A DNA stretch of 64,000 nt from an uncultured Pseudomonadales bacterium (GTDB lineage: Bacteria; Patescibacteriota; Microgenomatia; UBA1400; PJMF01): the NCBI GenBank assembly GCA_964457085.1, contig CAYWDM010000005.1, positions 12,065 to 76,064 on the forward strand. Direction: 5' to 3'. Position numbers and translations under genes: made by a program. Below the pieces are notes generated by a model. The model worked only from the letters and a program-made list of their open reading frames with translations, was not told the origin of the DNA and did no database searches. How positions within the stretch are numbered: the stretch's first letter is position 1; each line of letters opens with the position of its first letter. Of the stretch, positions 9,858-19,929 are shown one piece after another.

Positions 9858-10565
9858 CTAACTATCGAGTTTTCGATATATTACCTTACCTACAAACATT
9901 TTCATGATCTTATGACTCCATTCAACCAACCATCTGACACTAAACTTAGGACTCTTCTTGGCTCCAGCTTCCTCAATCGCTGGAGTAATGGGCACCACTA
10001 CCACGGCTTGCTTGGGCAATGGATGATTCTGAGGTAAGTTTTTAATCGCATCAACAATCACTATTTCTTTGGGAAGTTGATCAGCTTGCTGTTCGACTTT
10101 GTTGAGATATCCCTCAACTTCAGGTGGCAACTCTGGATTTTTCTCAATCTCAACCGCTTGAATTCCCGTACCAGACTCAGCTTGTGAGGAATTGTCTGGA
10201 GTTTTTGAACCTAATGATTCTTTAGCGGTAGTTGTTGGAGTCGCTGGATTGAGGGTATTGGTGGCGTTAAGAATTGCCTGAGGCATCACCTGTGCCAACT
10301 CACCAGTCTCTTTAACTGCCTGCTGCATCGCTTCTTCAGCAGCTTTTCGTGCCTCGTCACTTTTTGCTGAAGCCTCATTAATGGCCTGCTCCAACAACGC
10401 CAAAGCGTCTGTCTCTGGAAGTGGAGTGGGTGTTACTGGAGAGGTGCTGTTGACTGCAGTAGAGACACCACCAGCAAGGACAGTGTTTTGGTCATCAGTT
10501 TTCTGATCATCTTGTTGCTGTATTGGGGTAGCTGGCTGTGTTGGTAAAAGTGAATTATCATTCAT
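9858..10565 (-). CDS. hypothetical low-complexity (Thr/Pro/Ala/Glu-rich) protein
   Basis: Intact ORF with biased composition; lies between the Lgt-like and VirD4-like genes. Confidence 0.3.
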   Translation of the reverse strand: MNDNSLLPTQPATPIQQQDDQKTDDQNTVLAGGVSTAVNSTSPVTPTPLPETDALALLEQAINEASAKSDEARKAAEEAMQQAVKETGELAQVMPQAILNATNTLNPATPTTTAKESLGSKTPDNSSQAESGTGIQAVEIEKNPELPPEVEGYLNKVEQQADQLPKEIVIVDAIKNLPQNHPLPKQAVVVVPITPAIEEAGAKKSPKFSVRWLVEWSHKIMKMFVGKVIYRKLDS

Positions 10566-10639
10566 ATGAGCAGTCGTTTCATGATACAGGGAATTGCTGC
10601 TAGAGTGAAGTCAGCAGTACAACGGGCGAATTTAAACAG

Positions 10640-11941
10640 TTACTCCATCAGCAACACATCCCCAATCTGAAAATGCAATTCTTGAGCTTTTCCAGCCGGC
10701 ACTTCCAAAACCATATTAACTTGCGTTTTTGGCAAATACTGTTTAAGTTGAGCTAGGCTTGTTCCTTTTGAAGGAGCTGCAACTTGAGTAGAAATATCCA
10801 TTACCTTCCCATCCAACAACCAGATAAGATCCAAATCAAAGTGCATGTCTTTCATCCAAAAAACCCAATGATTTTTACTTGGAAAGACAAATAACATGCC
10901 ATCAGCTCCAATTTCCTCTCGATTGCTCAAGCCCAATGTCCTGCTCGCATTTGTATTAACTACTTCAAAAATATGTCTCTTTTCTTGATGTAAAACAGTT
11001 ATTTTTTGACGATCAGTCAAGCTTAGTCCAACACTACTAGTTACAACTCCCCGAGCACTCTGCTGGGATTCAACAGCTTGCCCACCCAACTGTCTATTTA
11101 ATTTTTTGCCAACGATTAGACTCAAACCAAATAGCGTCACCACTACAGCTAAAAAAAGTAATAAGCTCTGTTTTTTCTTAACTTCTGTACCCCACCACCG
11201 AAAAAGAAAGCTCGCTGAAAAACCGATCACCGAAATTAAAAAAAGTTGATTAAAACCCAAACCATAAAAAAACTCTGGTCGATCTAATCTTAAAAAGTCC
11301 AACCCAAGTCGAATTGTGCCATACAGCAACACATACCATCCAAAAAACCTACCTTGTCCCATTTTTTTAGGTTGTTGCCAGTAGATTCGCCATAAAATTC
11401 CCGCCAATAACAATAGTGCAATGATTTCATACATAAAAAGAGGCTGGTAATATGCAACAGTTTCAAATCCTGGCAATCGATGTGACGGGTCAATGTATAA
11501 TTTCCAGGGTAAATTGGTCGGCAAACCATATAACTCTTGATTAACATAATTTGCTAAACGCCCAATTGCTTGTCCAATAGGGAGGCATAGTGCAACTGCA
11601 TCAAGCAACCACCACCGCTCCTTAGATGACTTAACTGATATCCAAATTCCAGCCAACAACCCAATCACAGCTCCCAAGATACTTAATCCACCATTCCATA
11701 CTGCAAAAATCTGCCACGGTTGACTTACATATAACGACCAATCCGTCATCAGGTGCCACATTCTTGCAGCTACCAACATGCAGATTAAAATCTGTGTAAT
11801 TTGCCATGAACTTAGAGGGACTTTCTCTTCAGAATGAGATTTTGCAGCGATGTATTCGAGTAGCCAGAGCACGCTCACAACTGCCACCCCAACTATAAAA
11901 CCATACCAGTGGAACATCTCTAGTTTCCAAATAACCACCAA
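10640..11941 (-). CDS. lgt: prolipoprotein diacylglyceryl transferase (Lgt)-like membrane domain fused to a C-terminal DUF192-like domain
   Basis: IFAVWNGGLSILGAVIGLLAG matches the Lgt W-GGLS-GG-G signature within a multi-TM N-terminal half; C-terminal FPSKNHWVFWMKDMHFDLDLIW resembles DUF192. Confidence 0.5.
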   Translation of the reverse strand: MVVIWKLEMFHWYGFIVGVAVVSVLWLLEYIAAKSHSEEKVPLSSWQITQILICMLVAARMWHLMTDWSLYVSQPWQIFAVWNGGLSILGAVIGLLAGIWISVKSSKERWWLLDAVALCLPIGQAIGRLANYVNQELYGLPTNLPWKLYIDPSHRLPGFETVAYYQPLFMYEIIALLLLAGILWRIYWQQPKKMGQGRFFGWYVLLYGTIRLGLDFLRLDRPEFFYGLGFNQLFLISVIGFSASFLFRWWGTEVKKKQSLLLFLAVVVTLFGLSLIVGKKLNRQLGGQAVESQQSARGVVTSSVGLSLTDRQKITVLHQEKRHIFEVVNTNASRTLGLSNREEIGADGMLFVFPSKNHWVFWMKDMHFDLDLIWLLDGKVMDISTQVAAPSKGTSLAQLKQYLPKTQVNMVLEVPAGKAQELHFQIGDVLLME

Positions 11942-12423
11942 ATGTATAAAACTAACATATACGCGGTGGCAATAATCATTATTCTCAGTAATTGTGCGTA
12001 AGATACAGTTCCCAGTTTTGATTTTTCAAGCAAACCCGTAAATCTTTCAAGGAAAAGTGTAGGTGTTCCCACCAATCTCCAGCCCTCAAACAAAACCCCA
12101 ATACCAATACCAAAAATCACCCCATAGCCAATAAATTGATCTGTAGAAGTTAAAATATATATTGCCAAACCTGCATACACCAATAAGAAAAGTGGCGATC
12201 TTGTCACCAAGTTAGTGTCATTTTCATCCAGTCGATACTGTACTAACAAATATTTTTCATCAACCTTTAACAGTAACAAGCCAATTATCCCACCCAGTAG
12301 TAGCCAAAAAATTGACAACCAATTGGAAATTACTAATCCTGACAATCCTGCAACAACTGCCAAAATCATCACTGGCAATGCCATTTTTTTAAGCTCACTG
12401 TACGGTAAAAAATCAAATTGCAT
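11920..12423 (-). CDS. integral membrane protein, unknown function
   Basis: Four to five hydrophobic helices; 22-nt overlap with the downstream Lgt-like gene. Confidence 0.4.
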   Translation of the reverse strand: MQFDFLPYSELKKMALPVMILAVVAGLSGLVISNWLSIFWLLLGGIIGLLLLKVDEKYLLVQYRLDENDTNLVTRSPLFLLVYAGLAIYILTSTDQFIGYGVIFGIGIGVLFEGWRLVGTPTLFLERFTGLLEKSKLGTVSYAQLLRIMIIATAYMLVLYIWWLFGN

Positions 12424-12428
12424 GCTAT

Positions 12429-13742
12429 TTACTGCCTGAGTTGTTCTGCGTCAAACACTGGGGTCGGCGAATTTATACTTGGAACTCCAGTTGGCTTGGT
12501 ACTAACTTGAGCTGAAGGCGTTGCTTGATCGATTTCAGCAACAGGCTTGGTTAAAGAGATGATTGTATTAAATGCTGCATCAATTTTTTGATGGAACTCT
12601 TGATTGTCGGTATATTTAATGACTAATTGGTTAATAATCACCTCAATTTCCGAAAGATTAAGAGATTCGTCAACAACCAGCATTTGATTCCCCGCCATCA
12701 CTGCCTCAGCCATTAAATCTGCAACTGGCTTATTTTCCTCGGCTGCCAGTAAAGGACCAAAGCCATCTGCAATTAGTAGCGATTTTGAGTATTTTTTAGG
12801 AAAATCTGCGAGACAACTAGCACTGAGGCTGCATGGTTTCTCGTCAAATTGTCCAGCGATTTTTGCTGCTGTTGTAATTACTCCAATGTTTGGGAATTCA
12901 ATGAGTAAATCCTTGAAGGGTTGCACATCTGCCAACTCAACTTGAAGTAATTGATCACCTGATTTTGGATTACTACTTGCCGAACCCGTACCAGGAAAAT
13001 GAGCTAGTACAGGCAAAATTCCATTTCTACCAAAACTAGATATAAAGGCTCTCGCCAGCTCCATAGATTTAGAGTAATTTGCACATCCAAGGTTTTTAAC
13101 CCAAGAGTCAGGGGTAGGCTGATCAATAACTGGTCCAACAATGATATTAATGCCCATTTCACGCCACAATTTGGCCACATCATTCCACTGAGTGGCCGCA
13201 GTATCAGTCGAAAGATTACAATTAGCTGACAACGTAGAAGGCTGAGGTAGTGAACGTGTCGCCGGCACAAATCTAGTCTGACTTGCTTGATTCACTGCGA
13301 TTAAAATCGGTCTATTCATCAGTCCACTAGCAGTAGCAATTTGAGCCACAGCTAATTGGGCTGAGATGCTGGCTGACTGTTTTCCAACAAGTATTACTGC
13401 CCCAGGCTTGTTTTTTTGCAACCACTCAAGAGTTGCTGGCGAATACAACGTGCTAATTCTAGTAGAGCCAGGAGTAACTGGTTGCTTTTCATCGATGTTT
13501 TGCAGTGCAACCGGAACAACTAGCAACCGCGCAACTTTTTCTCTGGCTGTAAAATCAGCAAAATTATTATTCTCTATTGGTTTTTCCTGTTGGACTGTTT
13601 CTGTCTTTGCGACATCTTGTTTAAAGAATGGACGCTTAAAACGATTGTAGCCCAACAAACCCGCAAAAATTAACAAAATAGCAATAAAAATGTAGGTAGG
13701 AAGTTGTTTCATTTTCCGAGTTTTATTTGTTGTACTTTCCAC
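12429..13742 (-). CDS. membrane-anchored glycoside hydrolase family 3 N-terminal-domain (NagZ-like) protein, possibly non-canonical
   Basis: N-terminal TM anchor; LAHFPGTGSA aligns with the GH3 KHFPGHG motif; the later GFGP segment lacks the canonical SD nucleophile dyad. Confidence 0.45.
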   Translation of the reverse strand: MESTTNKTRKMKQLPTYIFIAILLIFAGLLGYNRFKRPFFKQDVAKTETVQQEKPIENNNFADFTAREKVARLLVVPVALQNIDEKQPVTPGSTRISTLYSPATLEWLQKNKPGAVILVGKQSASISAQLAVAQIATASGLMNRPILIAVNQASQTRFVPATRSLPQPSTLSANCNLSTDTAATQWNDVAKLWREMGINIIVGPVIDQPTPDSWVKNLGCANYSKSMELARAFISSFGRNGILPVLAHFPGTGSASSNPKSGDQLLQVELADVQPFKDLLIEFPNIGVITTAAKIAGQFDEKPCSLSASCLADFPKKYSKSLLIADGFGPLLAAEENKPVADLMAEAVMAGNQMLVVDESLNLSEIEVIINQLVIKYTDNQEFHQKIDAAFNTIISLTKPVAEIDQATPSAQVSTKPTGVPSINSPTPVFDAEQLRQ

Positions 13743-14026
13743 ATAAATAATTTTGCCTTATTCTTTGCGTTGGCATCTGTCACAAAAGCCAGAGCTCTTT
13801 CTAAAATGCCTCGATCAATTGTTTTTGACATTCTCATGTATAAGCTTTTGTGCTCTAGATCACCAAGTGCCACTGCCAATCGATATCCAAAATCTTGGAA
13901 TTCCTGACTTACATATTTATTAACTTCAATCGTAGTATAGCGGGCAAAAAGTCCCTGAGTCGATTGAAATCCAAGTGTATTTTGAACACTTGTCGGTGAC
14001 TTTTTTACTTTGGCGTCATTCTTCAT
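13709..14026 (-). CDS. hypothetical small protein
   Basis: 105-aa ORF overlapping both neighbours; could be spurious. Confidence 0.25.
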   Translation of the reverse strand: MKNDAKVKKSPTSVQNTLGFQSTQGLFARYTTIEVNKYVSQEFQDFGYRLAVALGDLEHKSLYMRMSKTIDRGILERALAFVTDANAKNKAKLFMWKVQQIKLGK

Positions 14027-15248
14027 AGATATGATCTTTATGATCTCTCACCAACAAGCTTAACATAGTGCCAATTCCTCCTAAAGCAAATAGTAATTGC
14101 CAAGATTTATTACTGATTAAAAACAGTCCAGCAAATAATAACCAAAACAAGATTGCCACCACACTGATGATTACTTCTCGATATACGAAAAACGACAGTG
14201 CCTGACTTCCCTTACTGCGGCGCATAAACAGCGTGTCGAAAAATAGCCAGTGGAAATTAGATGTCAAACGTTCAATCATGTCTAAAATTGCAATGCTCCA
14301 GAAATTAAAAATCATTGTTCGAGCCAGCCATAATAGTGACAGCAAACCCCCACTCACCATAAATGGTTTGCGGGTGCGATGCCTGTCAAGAAATGATCCA
14401 GTAAAATAGGTAATAATCATTGCTAAGAACAAGGACAGTCCATACAAAAAGCCAACTCTATCAACAGTTCCCAAGATAAAAAAAACATATAATGGCCACA
14501 CTACTAACGTGGCATCATTAATGTATCTACCTGCATATGAAACAGCGAGCTTTCTATACCCAGGTTCCTGCATCCACGAAAAAAACTCCTTCCAACTGAC
14601 GACATCATTTATCTTAGTTGGCTTCATTAGAGCACTGCAAACCATGCCAAATAGCACTGTAATCAACCCAAATAGAAATAACATCTGATATCCAAAAGTC
14701 ACCACTACTGCACCACCAATAATTGGTGCCACCATTGAAGAAAGATTGACTATAAAACTGATCGAGCCCATGTGGCTTCCCATGTGACTTTTAAGTGATT
14801 TCTGTGAGTTCAGAGTGTGGTAACTATTCCAAAAAAACACCTGTATTGTCTCAAAAATTGCAGCCAACACCAACAAAAGCGGCATCTTTTCTACAGAATA
14901 CAAACACATAAAATACACTACATATCCGGCTTGACTCACCAGAAACGACCTTTGGGGACCAATCTTAGTGATTATGCTGCCAATTGGAATCAAAAAAATT
15001 AAAGAAAGTGCTCGATTGAACAAGTAATAAAAAGCAATTACCAACATCCCTTGTTGAAATGAGTTTATCAACGGTGAAAAACTAGGTAAAGACTCACCAA
15101 ATTTAAATAAAAATAATGGCAAAAAGAGCAACACCATCTTGCTAGAAAGCTCTCGTGACATGCGTAAACCATTTAGTAACCAGGTTTCTCTATCTTGGTG
15201 AGGCTGCCAATTCACAAAATTAAGCCGATGATGATACACAGATGGCAT
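14016..15248 (-). CDS. polytopic membrane transporter (MFS-like)
   Basis: Ten to twelve predicted TM helices in two halves; 410 aa. Confidence 0.45.
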   Translation of the reverse strand: MPSVYHHRLNFVNWQPHQDRETWLLNGLRMSRELSSKMVLLFLPLFLFKFGESLPSFSPLINSFQQGMLVIAFYYLFNRALSLIFLIPIGSIITKIGPQRSFLVSQAGYVVYFMCLYSVEKMPLLLVLAAIFETIQVFFWNSYHTLNSQKSLKSHMGSHMGSISFIVNLSSMVAPIIGGAVVVTFGYQMLFLFGLITVLFGMVCSALMKPTKINDVVSWKEFFSWMQEPGYRKLAVSYAGRYINDATLVVWPLYVFFILGTVDRVGFLYGLSLFLAMIITYFTGSFLDRHRTRKPFMVSGGLLSLLWLARTMIFNFWSIAILDMIERLTSNFHWLFFDTLFMRRSKGSQALSFFVYREVIISVVAILFWLLFAGLFLISNKSWQLLFALGGIGTMLSLLVRDHKDHIYEE

Positions 15249-15250
15249 GT

Positions 15251-15811
15251 TTATTTTTGAGCACTCTCAAGCAGTTTTTTACTGAGACCAATCAAGCTAT
15301 CCATAAAAAGCAGTCTTTGATCAAGCATAAAATCTTCCAAAACATAGTCTCTTCCTCGCTGTCGTTCTCCCTGTCCTCTCCCATCGACGCCCAGTCTCAA
15401 ATGCCAAAAATCATTGCTTCCTAAATGTTCATACATGGATTTGAGTCCATTGTGCACTTTCGGACCCTTCCCGAGTTGCAGTTTATTGCTACCAACAACT
15501 AGATCCAAATCATCATGAGCTACATACAGTGAATGCAGTAACTCTTTTTTTTGATCCGGTGACAGTGAGCCAAATTTCAAATAGTAGTCAAGCACTCCTC
15601 TGACTGCCAAACCTGATTGATTCATGAACAGCTGTGGCTGAATGAGCATCCACTCTGAATTTTTACTAATCAAGGAATTAGTTTTTTTCATCATCACCCA
15701 ACCAGGCATACGAAGCTGTTCTCTTATCAATTCTGCAAACATAAACCCAGCGTTATGGCGAGTGTTTTGATACTGGGTGCCAGGATTTCCTAGTCCAATT
15801 AAAAATTTCAT
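15251..15811 (-). CDS. pth: peptidyl-tRNA hydrolase
   Basis: MKFLIGLGNPGTQYQNTRHNAGF is the canonical Pth N-terminus; the track ORF extends upstream from a TTG, and the ATG at 15809-15811 is the likely true start. Confidence 0.85.
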   Translation of the reverse strand: MKFLIGLGNPGTQYQNTRHNAGFMFAELIREQLRMPGWVMMKKTNSLISKNSEWMLIQPQLFMNQSGLAVRGVLDYYLKFGSLSPDQKKELLHSLYVAHDDLDLVVGSNKLQLGKGPKVHNGLKSMYEHLGSNDFWHLRLGVDGRGQGERQRGRDYVLEDFMLDQRLLFMDSLIGLSKKLLESAQK

Positions 15812-15950
15812 AGAAAAACAAAGAAATGTACTACTCATGATGCCGGTTTTAGGAGTTCGAAACAAGTACTACCCAGCTTCTGAGTCAGCTGCAAATTACA
15901 ATAAAACTGCCTCGTTTGCCAATCAAAGGGTATAATTCACCCATTGTCGT

Positions 15951-16811
15951 ATGCCAAAAATAAAATCTCCATTTTTTTCAATCGTAATTCCAACTCTCAA
16001 TGAGGAAAAGTATTTACCAAAACTGCTTACAGATCTCAGCAAACAGTCATATCAGGATTTTGAGGTCATTCATATTGATGGGAATAGCGAAGATGGAACC
16101 GTTGCTAAAGCAGCACATTTTCACAGCAAAATCGACATTTCCACAACCTCTGTCACCACACGTAATGTGAGTTTCCAACGCAATACTGGAGCCAAAAAAG
16201 CTAAGGGAGAATGGATTTTATTTTTTGATGCCGACAACAGACTCCCAACGTATTTTCTAGATGGTATCCGCTATCAAATCGCCAAAACTCCAACCACTGA
16301 CATCTTCACGACATGGATTCAGGTTGAAGGCCGTGGTCGACTTTTTCGCGCTATCGAACAATTGGTAAATGTCACCACAGTGCTCTACGACCAACTCGAT
16401 CGCTCATTTGCTCCTGGAGCCATGATTGGCATCCGTCGCAAACTTCGCACAAAAAATGAGTTTGATCAAAAACAAAAAATTCTTGAAGATTATTATTTTG
16501 TTAAAACAGCTGTCGATAGAGGCTTAACCTTTAGCATCTTCAAAGAACCAAGGTATGTGCTGTCGCTGCGTCGCTATCGAAAAGAAGCTTTAAAAACAAT
16601 TGCTGCTGGAGCCATTATTCAGCTAAAATTTTTGGGTGGCAAAAGCTTTACCACCACTGATCATGGCTATGTTATGGAGGGCGGAGCATATTATGACCAA
16701 GCAAACACCGCCACTTTATTTTCAACACTCAGTGCATTTATTCAAAAAGCATCACAGAAGCAGCTGGCTGATGCCAAACGCATTTTTGCTAGTTTAACCC
16801 GTGATCTCTAA
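15951..16811 (+). CDS. family 2 glycosyltransferase
   Basis: FSIVIPTLNEEKYL then D-x-D context (IDGNSEDGT, FFDADN) typical of GT-A fold GT2 enzymes. Confidence 0.7.
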   Translation: MPKIKSPFFSIVIPTLNEEKYLPKLLTDLSKQSYQDFEVIHIDGNSEDGTVAKAAHFHSKIDISTTSVTTRNVSFQRNTGAKKAKGEWILFFDADNRLPTYFLDGIRYQIAKTPTTDIFTTWIQVEGRGRLFRAIEQLVNVTTVLYDQLDRSFAPGAMIGIRRKLRTKNEFDQKQKILEDYYFVKTAVDRGLTFSIFKEPRYVLSLRRYRKEALKTIAAGAIIQLKFLGGKSFTTTDHGYVMEGGAYYDQANTATLFSTLSAFIQKASQKQLADAKRIFASLTRDL

Positions 16812-16819
16812 GTAAGAAA

Positions 16820-18661
16820 TTATTTTGCGATCTCTATAGTCTGCAGCTCCGCTACGCTAGTAGCTTGCTGCCAATTTTTGTCACTCCGAACTCGCACCAA
16901 TCTAGGAAAGCGCAGTGACCATCCTGATTGATGAATCGTAGACTTAGTTATTTCATCTGCGGCAATCTCCAATACAATCACAGGTTCAACCCAGACATCT
17001 GGTTCTAGGTTCTTATCAACCCAATAGTTTGCTGGCTTTGATTCAATTTTTGCCTGATCAGCCAAATTTTTAATGGTTGGTAGTTCTACATCAGTCAAAC
17101 CAGTGCCTAGTTTTGCCACAGACTTAACCAACAACTCGCCATCAACCTCCTCAATAACACCCAGTAAAAATGCTCCCACTCCAAATCCAGTTCTCTTACC
17201 TCTACCCCGGTAGTAACCCATCACCACACAGTCAACAGTGTCGTTTAACTTCCCGCTTGAACCTTCATGTTCTTTAATCTTGACCCAACGCCAGCCTTTT
17301 CTGCCGCTACGATATTCAGAACTAGTGAGTTTAATTACTGCTCCTTCTAGACCAGCAGCCAATTGAGCACTGTGATATTCATGAACTTCGTCAGCATTAG
17401 TAGTTTTTATAAACTTGGTCTGTTCAATCACTTCGCTATTAGTGCAAATTTTTTGCAACTCCGTCTTTCTAAAGCTGAGTGGCTCACTGATTAGCTCCCG
17501 ACCATCAAGATACATCAAATCAAAAACAAAAAATCTAATCGGAACAGTTACTGCAGTCTCTGCAACATCATGTTTACGCTTGCGAGTAATGGTGGTTTGA
17601 AATGAAGTAATTTTCTTGGTAATCGGATCGATGCCGACGGCTTCACAATCAAGGATGCAAGACTGACAAGTAAGTTGCTGTACAACTTTTTCAAGTTCTG
17701 GAAACATATTACTCACATCTTCAAGATTCCGAGTAAATGCTTTGTAAACAGGACGACGTCCTGTAGGTTCACCACTCAAATCAGTTTCAAAAATACCCTG
17801 TTTATCAATGTGAATTTGAATGCGTAAGCCATCATATTTTGGCTCAACATATACTTCTGGCATTTTGGCAATAATTTCAGCAGCAGTATTTAACCGCTGA
17901 CAAAGTGCATTTACCAATGGCACACCAACTTCGACTGTATAGGAACTGGCAGAAAAATCTTGATTCAAATAACTTGCAGCTAATTTGCCGATATCTGCTT
18001 TCTGCTGGTAAGCCAATTCCAATAATTCACCATCACGTTTATCTTGCCATTTCGACCATGAAAGTGAATCCATCAAAGTCATAGTTGAAAATCCTAGTCT
18101 TAATTTACCAATGATGATTCTGGAAACAAATTTTGCTGATATTGGATCCAGCTGCTTAAAAAGTCCCACCAATAACTCCAGCTTCTTTTCTTGCGATCCA
18201 TTACCCCCAACACGAGCAATTTCAACTAATCTCCGATATACCTCCTCTATTTGTAATTCAGACTGAACATCTGTTTTTGCCACAGCAAGTAAAAACTTCG
18301 CCGCTACTTCCTCTGCCACCAAACCCACATCACCCAATGCTTTGTATCTGCCATGCAATGCCAGTGACTCTTCATCGCCAGCTACGGCCAAAATATCTGA
18401 CTCAAACAACCCCACAGCTTGTGGTACTGGAACAACAGAATCATGCAATCTAGAAAGTGCTCGTAGTACCATCTTTGTTGATAGTTGGAACTCAAGCGAC
18501 ATATAACTGGGCAGTAAAATTCCCTGCAACAAATAGGCACTGATGTGGGCCTCACTATAAGTCAGCTGTCTCCACAGCTCCGCCAGTTGAGCAGTCATTT
18601 CCAGTCTTGAGCTGGTCTTTTCTAAAACATTGAGATAACGACTAAATTTTGCAAAAGTCAT
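16820..18661 (-). CDS. ATP-dependent DNA ligase
   Basis: Adenylation motif I EPKYDGLR (KxDG); size and downstream OB-domain region consistent with archaeal/eukaryal-type ATP ligases. Confidence 0.85.
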   Translation of the reverse strand: MTFAKFSRYLNVLEKTSSRLEMTAQLAELWRQLTYSEAHISAYLLQGILLPSYMSLEFQLSTKMVLRALSRLHDSVVPVPQAVGLFESDILAVAGDEESLALHGRYKALGDVGLVAEEVAAKFLLAVAKTDVQSELQIEEVYRRLVEIARVGGNGSQEKKLELLVGLFKQLDPISAKFVSRIIIGKLRLGFSTMTLMDSLSWSKWQDKRDGELLELAYQQKADIGKLAASYLNQDFSASSYTVEVGVPLVNALCQRLNTAAEIIAKMPEVYVEPKYDGLRIQIHIDKQGIFETDLSGEPTGRRPVYKAFTRNLEDVSNMFPELEKVVQQLTCQSCILDCEAVGIDPITKKITSFQTTITRKRKHDVAETAVTVPIRFFVFDLMYLDGRELISEPLSFRKTELQKICTNSEVIEQTKFIKTTNADEVHEYHSAQLAAGLEGAVIKLTSSEYRSGRKGWRWVKIKEHEGSSGKLNDTVDCVVMGYYRGRGKRTGFGVGAFLLGVIEEVDGELLVKSVAKLGTGLTDVELPTIKNLADQAKIESKPANYWVDKNLEPDVWVEPVIVLEIAADEITKSTIHQSGWSLRFPRLVRVRSDKNWQQATSVAELQTIEIAK

Positions 18662-18698
18662 AGCACAATTATGACAGGATCAAGTCAGAAAAACCAAA

Positions 18699-19787
18699 CT
18701 AATCCTCAAGCACGTACCGCACTCCCTTGGTTACACCTTGCTTGCGAACCACCCCTTTTTTGATCAAATCTTTCATGTCACGCAAAATCGTATCTGTTGA
18801 CACATTTGGCAACAACATTTGAGCATCCTCTGAAGTGATCTCGCCCTGATTTTGAAGTGTTTCTAGTAAAATTATTTGTCTCTCAGATAAGGCAACTTGT
18901 TTACCCAACTCACGTTTTAACCTCAAGTCTTTTGAGAGTCTCATTACCTGCAGCTTAATCTTATCAATTTCAACTGCCAGACCATAACAAAAATATTCTA
19001 ACCAATATGTTAAGTCTGTTTGCTCATGTTGCTGCACCGAAAGTAATGCGTTGTAGTATTGCTCAACGTCGGCATCAAAATATTGTTCTATTGAAAAAAA
19101 CTTCTTAAAATCATATCCAGATTGATAGAGCACTAGGCTTGCTAGAGCACGGGCTGTTCGCCCATTTCCCTCAATAAAAGGATGAATGTATACCAGCTGG
19201 TAATGAGTAATTGCGGCTCTAAAAATAGGATGAATCTGCGTTGTCTTGTCATCAACCAACCAAGTAAAAAATTCATCAACAAGATACGGAACCTCGACTG
19301 AAACAGGGGGACGAAATACCACGCTTCCTCCCTGAGCACCCCTAACAATTACTTGTTTGCGACGAAATTGACCAACACTATCAGTCTCAATTAGTCCCTG
19401 CATGGTTAACGAATGCAGTGTCTGCAGCGTCTCAACCCCAAATACCTGACGATTATCCAAAGCTTCTACTTGATCTATCCATGCGATCACGTTGCGATAA
19501 TTGATCACCTCTTGGATGTCACGTTCACGAGCAATAATATTTGCCTGTTTTGCTGTTGTTAATCCATCTGCTGTTTGAGATTGAATTACCTGACGAGTTT
19601 GTTCTTGAGTTAGATCATTTCCCTCGATTTTAGTGCCAAAATGTACTGTTCTGGTCAGTGCTTCATCACGAAATTTAGCTTCCCAGGATGGCACCAAAGG
19701 TGAGTGATCGATTAATGCCTTGGCAGCTTCAATACTCGATACATAAGTCAACAAATTACTGGTAATGGTAAATTTTGGCGTGTACAT
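18699..19787 (-). CDS. Fic/Doc family protein with C-terminal winged-helix domain
   Basis: Fic motif HPFIEGNGRTARAL; N-terminal TKIEGN resembles the Fic_N inhibitory-helix region; C-terminal basic wHTH-like tail. Confidence 0.8.
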   Translation of the reverse strand: MYTPKFTITSNLLTYVSSIEAAKALIDHSPLVPSWEAKFRDEALTRTVHFGTKIEGNDLTQEQTRQVIQSQTADGLTTAKQANIIARERDIQEVINYRNVIAWIDQVEALDNRQVFGVETLQTLHSLTMQGLIETDSVGQFRRKQVIVRGAQGGSVVFRPPVSVEVPYLVDEFFTWLVDDKTTQIHPIFRAAITHYQLVYIHPFIEGNGRTARALASLVLYQSGYDFKKFFSIEQYFDADVEQYYNALLSVQQHEQTDLTYWLEYFCYGLAVEIDKIKLQVMRLSKDLRLKRELGKQVALSERQIILLETLQNQGEITSEDAQMLLPNVSTDTILRDMKDLIKKGVVRKQGVTKGVRYVLED

Positions 19788-19911
19788 GTGTTCGTGATTT
19801 CTTAGTGTGATTGTACGTCAATTATCGCAAAAAATGCAGGGATATTTAAAGGCAAGCAACGACACAAAAATAGGTTGAATTATCTGTGCTTATCTCTGGA
19901 CTGCTCAACTC

Positions 19912-19919
19912 TGTATAAT
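19912..19919 (+). promoter_or_regulatory. extended -10-like element TGTATAAT upstream of the 19930 gene
   Basis: TGTATAAT lies 10 nt upstream of the ATG; no convincing -35. Confidence 0.3.
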
Positions 19920-19929
19920 AGCTCTCACT

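Noticed and set aside
15851-15870. GGAGTTCGAAAC resembling a tRNA T-loop
   Set aside because: No complementary T-stem or acceptor-stem pairing in the flanks; it lies in the pth 5' region, not a tRNA
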